Part shown: one piece after another, positions 43,133 through 52,670 of the stretch
Layout: each line of letters starts with the position of its first letter
Numbering within the stretch: the stretch's first letter is position 1
Source of the DNA: Burkholderiales bacterium
GTDB lineage: Bacteria > Pseudomonadota > Gammaproteobacteria > Burkholderiales > SG8-39
Direction of reading: 5' to 3'
Assembly: GCA_038319115.1 (NCBI GenBank)
Contig: JBBQCV010000003.1
Coordinates: 1 to 52,670, forward strand
DNA length: 52,670 nucleotides
Notes under the pieces: model-generated
Database searches by the model: none
What the model was told of the DNA's origin: nothing
What the model saw: only the letters and a program-made list of their open reading frames with translations
Made by a program: the position numbers and the translations under genes

Positions 43133-44349
43133 ATGCGGGCGAGGCCAGTCGCGTCTCGAAGGGCTCGCGGGCCATCACGATTCTCGGTGCGACGGGATCG
43201 GTCGGGCGCAGTACGCTGGACGTTCTCTCGCGGCATCCGGCAAGGTTCACGCTGGAGGCGATAACTGCGCATAAATCCGCCGAAGCGCTTCTGGAGCTAT
43301 GCGTACGCCACCATCCACGTGTCGCGGTTCTTTCCGGGGTCGCCGGGGATACCGCCCTCGAGCGCCGTCTGCGCGAGGCGGGCTGTCGCACCGAATTGCG
43401 GTTCGGCAGTGAAATGCTCGCGAGCGCGGTCGAGGGATGCGATGTCGTGATGGCCGCGATCGTGGGTGCGGCGGGACTTGCGCCGACCCTGGCCGCAGCC
43501 CGGGCGGGCAAGCAGGTTCTGCTAGCAAACAAGGAAGCCTTGGTTATGGCCGGCCCGCTTTTCATGCGGGCGGCACGAGAGGCTGGCGCCGTACTGCTTC
43601 CGATCGACAGCGAGCATAACGCTGTCTTCCAATGCCTCCCGACCGATGCTGCAGGGCGGGCCGACACAGGGCGCGTTCGCCGGATCGTGCTGACCGCGTC
43701 GGGCGGTCCCTTCAGGACGGCGAGTGCTGAAAAGCTGAAATCCGTGACACCGGATGAGGCGTGCGCGCACCCCAATTGGGTGATGGGCCGCAAGATATCG
43801 GTGGATTCGGCGACCATGATGAACAAGGGCCTCGAAGTCATCGAGGCACGGTGGCTGTTCGACATCGAGCCCGCGCGCATCGAAGTGGTCATCCATCCCC
43901 AAAGCGTCGTGCATTCCCTCGTCGAGTATGTGGATGGGTCGACCATCGCCCAGCTTTCCAATCCCGACATGCGCATCCCGATTGCCCACGCCTTGGCCTA
44001 TCCCGACCGGATAGAGTCCGGCGCAAGCATGCTCGACCTTGCCGCGGTCGGCCTGCTGAATTTCGAACATCCCGATGTCGAGCGATTTCCGTGCCTTCAA
44101 CTCGCCTATGACGCATTGCGAGCGGGCGGGACGGCTCCCGCCATCCTCAATGCTGCGAACGAAATCGCGGTGGAAGCATTCCTCGCCGGCCGGCTTGGCT
44201 TCATGGAAATTGCCGCAGTCGACGCCGGCGTGCTCGACGCCATGCCGGCTCGCGCCGCAAACACGCTCGAAGCAGTCGTCGATGCCGACCGCGAGGCGCG
44301 TGCGCGGGCCTGCAAACTCGTCACGACGAGACTGGGGCGCGCCGCGTGA
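43129..44349 (+). CDS. dxr: 1-deoxy-D-xylulose-5-phosphate reductoisomerase
   Basis: [48 protein letters not shown]. Confidence 0.97.
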   Translation: MNAGEASRVSKGSRAITILGATGSVGRSTLDVLSRHPARFTLEAITAHKSAEALLELCVRHHPRVAVLSGVAGDTALERRLREAGCRTELRFGSEMLASAVEGCDVVMAAIVGAAGLAPTLAAARAGKQVLLANKEALVMAGPLFMRAAREAGAVLLPIDSEHNAVFQCLPTDAAGRADTGRVRRIVLTASGGPFRTASAEKLKSVTPDEACAHPNWVMGRKISVDSATMMNKGLEVIEARWLFDIEPARIEVVIHPQSVVHSLVEYVDGSTIAQLSNPDMRIPIAHALAYPDRIESGASMLDLAAVGLLNFEHPDVERFPCLQLAYDALRAGGTAPAILNAANEIAVEAFLAGRLGFMEIAAVDAGVLDAMPARAANTLEAVVDADREARARACKLVTTRLGRAA

Positions 44350-45710
44350 TGCTTTTCCAGACCGTCATGGCGTTCATCGTCGCGCTTGGCGTGCTCATCG
44401 TAGTTCATGAGTTCGGCCATTTCATCGTCGCGCGCTGGTGCGGCGTCAAGGTGCTGCGCTTTTCGGTCGGCTTCGGCCGTCCGCTGCTCGTCGTTCGGGC
44501 CGGGGCGGACCGGACCGAATGGGTGCTTTCGATCGTGCCGTTCGGCGGTTACGTCAAGATGCTCGACGAGAGGGAGGCCCCGGTGGCGCCCGCCGAACTC
44601 GATCGCGCCTTCAACCGCAAAAGCGTTTGGCGCAGGTTCGCAATCGTGGTGGCGGGGCCGCTTTTCAATTTCCTGTTCGCGATCTCGGTCTATTCCGGGC
44701 TTTACATGTATGGATTGCCCGAAGCCCGCCCGGTGGTGGGCGAGCCCCCGGCCGGGAGCATTGCAAAATCCGCCGGCTTTCAGGCCGGTGATACCGTTCG
44801 GCAGATCGACGACCACGCCATCGCCACCTGGCAGGAGTTTCGCTGGCGGTTGCTCCAGGGCGCATTGCAGCGCCAGTCGCTCAGCGTGGAAGTGCTCAAT
44901 TCGATGCAGCAGATCTCCATCCTGCGTCTCGACCTGGGCAGCATGTCGGGCGAAGACGTGGAGAGCGACCTTCTTGAGAGGCTGGGATTCCGGCTGCATC
45001 GTCCGCATCTTCCGGCGGTGCTCGGCAAGGTGGTAAGCGGCAGCGTCGCAGAGGGGGCGGGCCTGCGCCCGGGCGACCGCATCGTAGCGGGCGACGGCAT
45101 GCCCATTGGTTCTTGGGACGCGTTGGTTCTCGCCATCCGCGACAAGCCCGGCAAGCCAGTAAGGCTTGGCGTGCAGCGCAATGGCAATCCGCTTGAGTTC
45201 ACCGTCACGCCCGAACCGGTGACCTCCGGGGATCGGCGCATCGGTCGCATCGGCGTCGCACCCGAAGTATCTCCCGGCCATGCCGAGCAAATGTTCGTGC
45301 GGATCAGCTATGGCCCGGTGGAAGCGGTGTCGCGCAGCGTGCAGAAAACGTGGGACATCTCGTTGTTCAGCCTGAAGATGCTCGGCAAGATGCTGGTCGG
45401 GGAAGTCTCATGGAAACACCTGTCCGGGCCGGTCACGATCGCCGACTTCGCCGGCCAGTCGGCGCAGCTCGGGTGGGTTTCCTACCTGACCTTCCTCGCC
45501 CTCATAAGCATCAGTCTCGGGGTGCTCAACCTGCTTCCCATCCCGCTGCTGGACGGTGGGCACTTGATGTATTATTGCGCGGAAATATTGAAGGGCAGCC
45601 CGGTATCCGAGCGTGTAATGGAGCTCGGGCAGCGTGTGGGTTTCGCGCTGTTGCTGGTTATGATGGCCTTCGCCTTTTACAACGACATCAATCGCCTGAT
45701 ATCCAGCTGA
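44346..45710 (+). CDS. rseP: RIP metalloprotease RseP
   Basis: HEFGH, GGYVKM, two PDZ-like regions, [12 protein letters not shown]. Confidence 0.95.
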   Translation: MMLFQTVMAFIVALGVLIVVHEFGHFIVARWCGVKVLRFSVGFGRPLLVVRAGADRTEWVLSIVPFGGYVKMLDEREAPVAPAELDRAFNRKSVWRRFAIVVAGPLFNFLFAISVYSGLYMYGLPEARPVVGEPPAGSIAKSAGFQAGDTVRQIDDHAIATWQEFRWRLLQGALQRQSLSVEVLNSMQQISILRLDLGSMSGEDVESDLLERLGFRLHRPHLPAVLGKVVSGSVAEGAGLRPGDRIVAGDGMPIGSWDALVLAIRDKPGKPVRLGVQRNGNPLEFTVTPEPVTSGDRRIGRIGVAPEVSPGHAEQMFVRISYGPVEAVSRSVQKTWDISLFSLKMLGKMLVGEVSWKHLSGPVTIADFAGQSAQLGWVSYLTFLALISISLGVLNLLPIPLLDGGHLMYYCAEILKGSPVSERVMELGQRVGFALLLVMMAFAFYNDINRLISS

Positions 45711-47996
45711 ATGAACCGCCACCGGCATTGCGCCGCGCTCGTATCCGGAATTCTTGGCCTCCTTCTCAGCGCTTCGGCACTGGCGTTCGACCCGTTCACG
45801 GTCAAGGACATCCGCGTAGAAGGCTTGCAGCGCACCGAGCCCGGAACAATTTTCAGCTACCTCCCGGTCAAGGTCGGCGAGACCATGACAGAGGAAAAGG
45901 CGCAGCAGGCGATCCGCTCGCTCTTCGCCACCGGCTTTTTCCGCGACGTGCGCCTTGAGGTCGAGAACGGTGTCCTCGTGGTCCTGGTCGAAGAGCGTCC
46001 GGCGATCGCCCAGATCGATTTTTCCGGCATCAAGGAATTCGAGCCCGAAAATCTGCGGCGCAGTTTTCGCGAGCTTGGTCTTGCCGAGTCGCGCATCTTC
46101 GACAGGTCGCTCCTCGAGCAGGCCGAGCAGGAACTGAAGCGCCAGTACCTGTCACGCGGTTTGTACGGGGTCGACGTGCAGACGACGGTCACGCCGCTCG
46201 AGCGAAATCGCGTCGGCATCAATTTTGCCGTCAAGGAAGGCGAGGTTGCGAAGATCCGCGGCATCAATATCGTCGGAGCCACTGCATTCGACGAAAAGAA
46301 CCTCCTCGATGAGTTCGTCCTGCGCACGCCCGGCTGGATCACCTGGTACACGAAACACGACCAGTATTCTCGCCAGAAGCTGGCCGGCGACCTGGAGTCG
46401 CTGCGCTCGTTCTACCAGAACCGCGGCTACCTCGATTTCAATATCGATTCGACCCAGGTTTCGATCACGCCGGACAAGAAGGACATCTATATCACCGTCA
46501 ACATCACTGAAGGCGAGAAGTACTCGGTGTCGGGTGTGAAGGTGGCCGGGCAGCTGCTGTTACCCGAGGAAGAAATCAACAAGCTGATCAAGCTCAAGCC
46601 AGGCGATGTGTTCGCGCGCGACAAGCTGACCCAGACCACCAAGGCAATCGTCGACCGCCTTGGAAACGACGGGTACGCTTTCGCCAATGCGAATGCCGTG
46701 CCGCAGATCGACAAGGAAAAGCGCGAGGTTGCGTTCACTATATTTGTCGACCCGGGTCGACGTGTGTATGTCCGCCGCATCAATGTGGCGGGCAATACCA
46801 AGACGCGCGACGAGGTGGTCCGGCGCGAAATGCGCCAGCTCGAAGGCGGCTATTACGATGCGTCGAAGATCCAGCTTTCCAAGCAGCGGGTCGACAGGAC
46901 CACCTATTTCAAGGACGTGAACGTAGAGACGGTGCCGGTGGCCGGCCTTGCCGACCAGGTGGACGTGAACTTCACCGTGGAGGAGAAACCCACCGGCGCG
47001 CTGTTGCTGGGAGCGGGCTTCTCGACGGTGGAAAAAGTCATCCTGTCCGGCTCCATCTCGCAGGGCAACGTGTTCGGCAGTGGAAAGTTCCTGTCCACGC
47101 AGGTGCAGAGCGGAAAGATCAACCGGATCTATTCCGTCTCCTACACCGACCCCTATTACACCGTCGATGGCGTGAGCCGCGGATTCGACGTGTACAAGCG
47201 CGACACCGATGCTTCCGCGCTGACGATCGGACCCTACAAGACCAAGACGATCGGCGGTGGAATGCGCTGGAGCTACCCGATCGCCGAGCGGGATTCGCTA
47301 AGCTTCGGGTTGAACGCGGAACACGTCAATCTGGAGACGTTCGCGACAAGTCCTGTCAACTACGTCAGCTTTGTGAATGCGTTCGGCAATAAGTACACCT
47401 ACGCAGCGGCTACGGCGGGTTGGCAGCGCGACTCGCGCGACAGCCTGATCCTGCCGAAGGTCGGCAGCCTGCAGAAAGTCACCTCCGAAGTGGGGGCCGG
47501 GGACCTGCAGTACTACCGGCTCGGATACCAGCACCAGTACTTCCGCCCTCTGAGCCGTACCGTCACGTTGTTCCTCAATGCCGACGTGGGCGTCGCCAAC
47601 GGCTTGGGCAACAGGCCTTTGCCATTCTTCAAGAACTTCTACGCCGGCGGTCCGGGCACGGTGCGCGGCTATAACTATTCGGCACTCGGCCCCCAGGACG
47701 GACTGGGCAACGTGCTCGGCGGAACCCGCCGCATCGTCGGCCAGGCCGAACTGCTGTTTCCAGTTCCCGGCGCCGCGCAGGAGAAATCGTTGCGCCTTGC
47801 GGTATTTCTCGACGGTGGCCAGGTTTTTGGCGCCAACGAGAAGATCGCGCTCGGCGACCTCAGGTACGCAACCGGGTTGGCTCTGAGCTGGAGTTCACCA
47901 TTCGGCCCATTGCGCTTGTCCATCGCGCAGCCGCTCAATGCCACAGTCACGGATCGCGTACAAAGGTTACAATTCACTTTTGGCACTGGCTTCTGA
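45711..47996 (+). CDS. bamA: outer membrane protein assembly factor BamA
   Basis: signal peptide, POTRA repeats (DIRVEGLQR), VRGY motif, C-terminal QFTFGTGF. Confidence 0.96.
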   Translation: MNRHRHCAALVSGILGLLLSASALAFDPFTVKDIRVEGLQRTEPGTIFSYLPVKVGETMTEEKAQQAIRSLFATGFFRDVRLEVENGVLVVLVEERPAIAQIDFSGIKEFEPENLRRSFRELGLAESRIFDRSLLEQAEQELKRQYLSRGLYGVDVQTTVTPLERNRVGINFAVKEGEVAKIRGINIVGATAFDEKNLLDEFVLRTPGWITWYTKHDQYSRQKLAGDLESLRSFYQNRGYLDFNIDSTQVSITPDKKDIYITVNITEGEKYSVSGVKVAGQLLLPEEEINKLIKLKPGDVFARDKLTQTTKAIVDRLGNDGYAFANANAVPQIDKEKREVAFTIFVDPGRRVYVRRINVAGNTKTRDEVVRREMRQLEGGYYDASKIQLSKQRVDRTTYFKDVNVETVPVAGLADQVDVNFTVEEKPTGALLLGAGFSTVEKVILSGSISQGNVFGSGKFLSTQVQSGKINRIYSVSYTDPYYTVDGVSRGFDVYKRDTDASALTIGPYKTKTIGGGMRWSYPIAERDSLSFGLNAEHVNLETFATSPVNYVSFVNAFGNKYTYAAATAGWQRDSRDSLILPKVGSLQKVTSEVGAGDLQYYRLGYQHQYFRPLSRTVTLFLNADVGVANGLGNRPLPFFKNFYAGGPGTVRGYNYSALGPQDGLGNVLGGTRRIVGQAELLFPVPGAAQEKSLRLAVFLDGGQVFGANEKIALGDLRYATGLALSWSSPFGPLRLSIAQPLNATVTDRVQRLQFTFGTGF

Positions 47997-48010
47997 TCGG
48001 CACCCACGTC

Positions 48011-48538
48011 ATGCATCGCAATAAAATCCTACTCGCCGTTGCCCTGTCGCTTTCTTCCGGCGCGCTGTTCACTGGCGCGGCGTCTGCGCAGGCCGAAGGC
48101 CGCATCGGTTTCGTGAATACCGAGCGCATCCTGCGGGATGCGATCCCCGCGCAGCGGGCGCAGAAGAAAATCGAGGCCGAATTCGCCAAGCGCGACCAGG
48201 AACTCTCCAAGATGGCCGACCAGCTGAAGAAGATGCAGGACGACCTCGAGAAGAACAGCGTCACCATGGCGGAGACGGCGCGCCGCAACAAGGAGCGCGA
48301 GTTCGCCGATGTCAACCGCGAATTCCAGCGCAAGCAGCGCGAGTTCCGCGAGGACCTCAATTCGCGCCGCAACGAGGAACTCGCCCAGGTCGTGGAGCAG
48401 GCGAACCGCGTGATCCGGCAGATCGCCGAGGCCGAGAAGTACGACATCATCTTCCAGGACGCGGTCTACGCAAACCCGCGCATCGACATCACCGACAAGG
48501 TGATCAAGACGCTCGAAGGCAAGCCGCCGGCGCGCTGA
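48011..48538 (+). CDS. skp: periplasmic chaperone Skp/OmpH
   Basis: signal peptide, IGFVNTERIL, coiled coil, IDITDKVIK; bamA-skp-lpxD synteny. Confidence 0.93.
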   Translation: MHRNKILLAVALSLSSGALFTGAASAQAEGRIGFVNTERILRDAIPAQRAQKKIEAEFAKRDQELSKMADQLKKMQDDLEKNSVTMAETARRNKEREFADVNREFQRKQREFREDLNSRRNEELAQVVEQANRVIRQIAEAEKYDIIFQDAVYANPRIDITDKVIKTLEGKPPAR

Positions 48539-48554
48539 CCGCCCGCGCGAAGAT

Positions 48555-49610
48555 ATGCGCGCCAACACGGGCAGGGCGACCCTCTCGCTCGCTGCCATCG
48601 TTGAAAAGATCGGCGGCCGCGTATCAGGCGACTCCTCAACCGTCGTCTCCCAGGTAGGCACGCTGGAGAGTGCGGGGCCAGGTGAGGTCGCCTTCTTTTC
48701 CAATCCACGCTACCGGTCGCAACTCGCGCAGACGCGCGCGGGAGCGGTTATCGTGTCGCCTGATGCCGAAGCGCTGACCACGATTCCGCGCATCGTAGCG
48801 GGGAACCCTTATGCGTACTTCGCCCGCGTTTCGCGGCTGTTCAATCCCGAGGCGTCCATAGAACCAGGGATCCATCCGATGGCTGTCGTACACCCGGGCG
48901 CGCAGGTCGATCCGTCCGCGCAGGTCGGTGCCGGAACTGTGATCGGTGCTGGCGCGGTCATTGGCGCGAAGGTAAGGATAGGCTCAGGCTGCCACATCGG
49001 CGAGGGTGCCGAAATCGGCTCCGGTTGCACCCTGTACCCTTCAGTCGTGATTTACGAGCATTGCATGGTCGGTGCTCGCGCCATCCTGCATTCGGGCGTG
49101 GTGATCGGTGCCGATGGCTTTGGCATCGCACAGGAGGAGGGGCGCTGGGTGAAGATTCCCCAGGTCGGACGGGTGATCCTCGGCGAAGACGTAGAAGTCG
49201 GTGCCAATACCACGATCGATCGCGGCGCAATCGACGACACCGTGATCGAGGATGGCGTGAAGCTGGATAACCAGATCCAGATCGGGCACAACTGCCGGGT
49301 GGGGGCGCACACCGCAATGGCGGGTTGCGTGGCCGTCGCGGGAAGCGCGCGCATCGGCCGCCGCTGCACGGTAGGCGCGGGGGCGATCATCCTCGGGCAC
49401 CTCGAAATCGCTGATGAAGTCCACGTATCGGCTTCGACGGTCATTTCGCGTTCGATCCGAAAGCCCGGGACGTATACCGGCATGTACCCGTTCGACGACA
49501 ATGAATCCTGGGCCCGGAACACCGCCTGGGCCAGGCACCTCGCGAAACTCGCGAACCGCGTCAGGGCGCTGGAAAAACGCCTGGCCGCCAAGGAGAGCAA
49601 GGATGACTGA
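48555..49610 (+). CDS. lpxD: UDP-3-O-(3-hydroxyacyl)glucosamine N-acyltransferase
   Basis: NPYAYFA, hexapeptide repeats, [26 protein letters not shown]. Confidence 0.96.
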   Translation: MRANTGRATLSLAAIVEKIGGRVSGDSSTVVSQVGTLESAGPGEVAFFSNPRYRSQLAQTRAGAVIVSPDAEALTTIPRIVAGNPYAYFARVSRLFNPEASIEPGIHPMAVVHPGAQVDPSAQVGAGTVIGAGAVIGAKVRIGSGCHIGEGAEIGSGCTLYPSVVIYEHCMVGARAILHSGVVIGADGFGIAQEEGRWVKIPQVGRVILGEDVEVGANTTIDRGAIDDTVIEDGVKLDNQIQIGHNCRVGAHTAMAGCVAVAGSARIGRRCTVGAGAIILGHLEIADEVHVSASTVISRSIRKPGTYTGMYPFDDNESWARNTAWARHLAKLANRVRALEKRLAAKESKDD

Positions 49611-50058
49611 TGCCATGGACATCGCCGCCGTAATGGAGCATCTGCCCCATCGCTACCCGTTTCTCCTGATCGACCGCGTGAAGGAGGTCGAGCCCGGCAA
49701 ACGGATCGTTGCGCTGAAGAACGTGACCATCAACGAGCCGTTCTTCCAGGGCCATTTCCCGCAGCGGCCGATCATGCCGGGAGTGCTCATCCTCGAAGCA
49801 ATGGCACAGGCCGCCGGCATCCTCGTTTTCCGCACGCAGGGCAACAAGCCCGAGGCTGATTCCGTCTATTACCTCGCCGGTGTCGACAAGGCGCGATTCA
49901 AGCGGCCGGTCGTTCCCGGCGACCAGCTCGAGATCGAGGTCCTCATAGAGCGAAGTTTGCGGGGCGTGTGGAAATTCTCGTGCAAGGCGCGCGTAGACGG
50001 CGCCGTGGTGTGCGAGTCGCAGCTGCTTTGCTCGGTGAGCAAGGTCGCCGGGGCTTGA
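49603..50058 (+). CDS. fabZ: 3-hydroxyacyl-ACP dehydratase
   Basis: [34 protein letters not shown]. Confidence 0.97.
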   Translation: MTDAMDIAAVMEHLPHRYPFLLIDRVKEVEPGKRIVALKNVTINEPFFQGHFPQRPIMPGVLILEAMAQAAGILVFRTQGNKPEADSVYYLAGVDKARFKRPVVPGDQLEIEVLIERSLRGVWKFSCKARVDGAVVCESQLLCSVSKVAGA

Positions 50059-50840
50059 TGGAACCCGTCTTGGTCCACCCGACGGCGATCGTCGCGCCGG
50101 GGGCGCAGCTCGCGCCCGGCGTGGAGGTCGGCGCGTATTCGATCATCGGCGCGGATGTCTCGATTGCCGAGGGCACGTGGATCGGGCCGCACGTCGTCGT
50201 GGAGGGGCACACCCGCATCGGGCGCAACAACCGCATCCACCAATTTGCCTCGATAGGCGGACCGCCGCAGGACAAGAAATACCGCGGGGAGCCGACCGCC
50301 GTCCATCTGGGCGACGGCAACACGATACGGGAATACGTGACCATCAATCGTGGTACGGCGCAGGATTCGGGTACTACGCGGGTCGGCGACGACAACTGGA
50401 TCATGGCCTATGTGCATTTCGCGCATGATTGCCGGGTTGGCAGCCACACAATATTCGCCAATGCCTGCCAGGTGGCCGGCCATGTGCATGTGGGGGACTG
50501 GGCGATCCTTGGCGCGACGACGCTCGTGCACCAGTTCGTGAAGATCGGCGCGCACAGTTTCACCGCGATGGGAACGTTCCTGCAGCAGGACCTGCCGCCC
50601 TACGTGACCGCCGCGGGCAACGCTGCCAAGCCGTACGGCATCAACAGCGAAGGGCTGCGCCGGCGCGGGTTCTCCGCGGACGCGATCAATGCGCTGAAAC
50701 GCGCCTACCGGACCCTCTACCGCTCCAGCCTCTCGCTCGAGGAGGCCAAGGCCGAGATGCAGGGGCAGGCGGAAACTTGCGCGGAGGTCGCTTTGATGCG
50801 CGACTTCCTTGGCGAATCGACGCGCGGCATCGTGCGCTAG
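50058..50840 (+). CDS. lpxA: UDP-N-acetylglucosamine O-acyltransferase
   Basis: [50 protein letters not shown]. Confidence 0.97.
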   Translation: MEPVLVHPTAIVAPGAQLAPGVEVGAYSIIGADVSIAEGTWIGPHVVVEGHTRIGRNNRIHQFASIGGPPQDKKYRGEPTAVHLGDGNTIREYVTINRGTAQDSGTTRVGDDNWIMAYVHFAHDCRVGSHTIFANACQVAGHVHVGDWAILGATTLVHQFVKIGAHSFTAMGTFLQQDLPPYVTAAGNAAKPYGINSEGLRRRGFSADAINALKRAYRTLYRSSLSLEEAKAEMQGQAETCAEVALMRDFLGESTRGIVR

Positions 50841-50872
50841 CTGGTACGGTCGATGCGCAGAGCGGCAGGGAA

Positions 50873-52036
50873 ATGAGCGGCACGACGATCGGGATGGTCG
50901 CGGGCGAGGCATCCGGGGACCTTCTTGGCGCCCACTTGCTGCAGGCGCTTGAAGAACGCAGGCCTGGCACCGCCTTTCACGGCATCGGCGGGCCGCGCAT
51001 GATCGGGCAGGGGTTCGACACCTTCTACCCGATGGAAAAGTTGTCGGTTCGCGGTTATGCCGAAGTCTTCCGCCATTACCGAGAGATCATGGCGATCCGG
51101 CGCGCGTTGCTCGATCGGCTGCAGCGTGAGCGCCCACGAATCTTCATTGGCGTGGATGCGCCGGATTTCAACCTTGACCTCGAATATCGCCTCAAGTCGG
51201 CCGGCATCCCAGCGGTGCACTATGTAAGCCCTTCGATATGGGCGTGGCGACGCGGGCGCCTGGGCCGCATCGCCAAGTCGGTGACGCACATGCTCGTCCT
51301 GTTTCCGTTCGAAACCGAAATCTATCGCGAGGCGGGTGTCCCGGTCACTTACGTCGGCCACCCGGTCGCCGACACGGTGCCGCTGAATGTGGACAAGGCA
51401 GCGGCGCGCGAGCAACTGCGGCTTCCGGCGGGAAAACTGATCGTCGCGCTGCTCCCCGGAAGCCGCCAGTCCGAACTGCACTTTATGGCCGATGTTTTCG
51501 TCCAGGCCGCGCAGCGCATGCATGCCGAAATCGGCGATGTCCATTTCGTATGCCCGACGGCTTCTCGCCCGACGCGAGAGCTCATGAAGGAAGCCATCCG
51601 GCGCAACGAGGCAAGCGAACTTCCGCTCACACTGATGTTCGGTCATTCGCACGAAGCGCTGGCGGCCTCCGACCTGGCGTTGGTCGCCAGCGGGACGGCC
51701 ACGCTCGAGACGGCGCTCTACCGCACGCCCATGGTGATCGTGTACAAGATGTCGCCGATCACGTGGCGCATCATGCGGCGCATGCTCTATCTGCCCTATG
51801 TGGGGCTTCCCAATGTCCTGGCGGGTGAGTTTCTGGTCGACGAATTGCTGCAGGATGCCGCCACACCGCAATCGGTATCCAACGCGCTCCTCGCGCTCAT
51901 GCGGGACAGGGCTCGCCAGCAGAAGCAGGTCGAACGATTTGCCGAAATGCATGAAATGCTGCGCCAGGACAATGCAACCAAGGCCGCAGATGCCGTGCTG
52001 GAAGTGCTCGACAGCGCCGGAGGGCGGGCGCGGTGA
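50873..52036 (+). CDS. lpxB: lipid-A-disaccharide synthase
   Basis: [39 protein letters not shown]. Confidence 0.96.
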   Translation: MSGTTIGMVAGEASGDLLGAHLLQALEERRPGTAFHGIGGPRMIGQGFDTFYPMEKLSVRGYAEVFRHYREIMAIRRALLDRLQRERPRIFIGVDAPDFNLDLEYRLKSAGIPAVHYVSPSIWAWRRGRLGRIAKSVTHMLVLFPFETEIYREAGVPVTYVGHPVADTVPLNVDKAAAREQLRLPAGKLIVALLPGSRQSELHFMADVFVQAAQRMHAEIGDVHFVCPTASRPTRELMKEAIRRNEASELPLTLMFGHSHEALAASDLALVASGTATLETALYRTPMVIVYKMSPITWRIMRRMLYLPYVGLPNVLAGEFLVDELLQDAATPQSVSNALLALMRDRARQQKQVERFAEMHEMLRQDNATKAADAVLEVLDSAGGRAR

Positions 52037-52593
52037 GGGTCTGCGGCATCGACGAGGCCGGTCGCGGGCCGCTGGCAGGTCCCGTGTACGCCGCCGCGGT
52101 AATCCTCGATCCGGGCAAGCGGATCCCTGGCCTCAAGGACTCCAAACTCCTGTCTGCCGAGCGGCGCTGCGAGTTGCTCGCCATCATCCAGCGCAAGGCC
52201 ATTGCATGGTCGATCGCATTCGCCACGGTGGAGGAGATCGACCGGCTCAACATCCTGCAGGCTTCGCTGCTTGCGATGCAAAGGGCGGTGGCCGGGTTGC
52301 CCATGGCACCCGACGAGGCCTGGGTGGACGGCAATCGTCCGCCGCAGCTTGGCGTGCCGATTCGCACCATCGTCGGCGGCGATCGCCTGCATCCGTGCAT
52401 TTCGGCGGCTTCGATCCTTGCCAAGACTGCGCGCGACGCCGAAATGGTCAGGTTGCATGCAATCTATCCCGAGTATGGCCTCGACCGGCACACGGGTTAC
52501 CCGACCGTGGCCCACCTGGCGGCGATTCGAATCCATGGTGTTTGCGAGATCTATCGCCATTCCTTCATGCCGGTGCGGATGGCGAGGCGATGA
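52033..52593 (+). CDS. rnhB: ribonuclease HII
   Basis: [34 protein letters not shown]. Confidence 0.96.
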   Translation: MRVCGIDEAGRGPLAGPVYAAAVILDPGKRIPGLKDSKLLSAERRCELLAIIQRKAIAWSIAFATVEEIDRLNILQASLLAMQRAVAGLPMAPDEAWVDGNRPPQLGVPIRTIVGGDRLHPCISAASILAKTARDAEMVRLHAIYPEYGLDRHTGYPTVAHLAAIRIHGVCEIYRHSFMPVRMARR

Positions 52594-52670
52594 GCGTCAT
52601 CCGCTCGCGCGACAATGAGCGGGTAAAGGCCTGGGTCAGGCTCGCGGACGATCCGCGGGAACGCCGCAAG
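52590..52670 (+). CDS. probable TrmH/SpoU-family RNA methyltransferase, 5' fragment cut by window edge
   Basis: ATGA overlap with rnhB stop; [16 protein letters not shown]...RERRK resembles the I-x-S-x-x-N start of TrmH-family proteins; only 27 codons visible. Confidence 0.6.
   Translation, partial: MSVIRSRDNERVKAWVRLADDPRERRK

Noticed and set aside
38466-52670. rpsB to rnhB cluster as a source of novelty
   Set aside because: Canonical proteobacterial gene order with intact catalytic motifs and routine start/stop overlaps

Overview
GC-rich betaproteobacterial chromosome segment (lineage inferred from gene order and protein style), made almost entirely of conserved housekeeping operons. In order: alpha/beta hydrolase-PHP-yciO-like; S2P protease-trpS-scpA-scpB-rluB; rimP-nusA-infB-rbfA-truB-rpsO-pnp; dksA (minus); tRNA-Pro/Arg/His cluster; a two-gene accessory pair (FimV-like membrane protein + large PilZ-like protein); queF-dapC-dapD-pilU-prmB (minus); smc-zipA-ligA-galU-hpt-MTI phosphorylase-def; map-glnD (minus); rpsB-tsf-pyrH-frr-uppS-cdsA-dxr-rseP-bamA-skp-lpxD-fabZ-lpxA-lpxB-rnhB-(TrmH-family start). 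I saw no CRISPR array, integrase, transposase or rRNA. The best candidate for an uncharacterised system is the pair at 16641-20601, close to an orphan PilU ATPase. Smaller oddities: truB has no canonical start codon, scpB and rluB probably overlap by 122 nt, the tRNA spacer carries GTTGCA repeats, a symmetric promoter lies between queF and smc, and EF-Ts has IDFV instead of TDFV. All calls come from motif recognition by eye; no database search was run.
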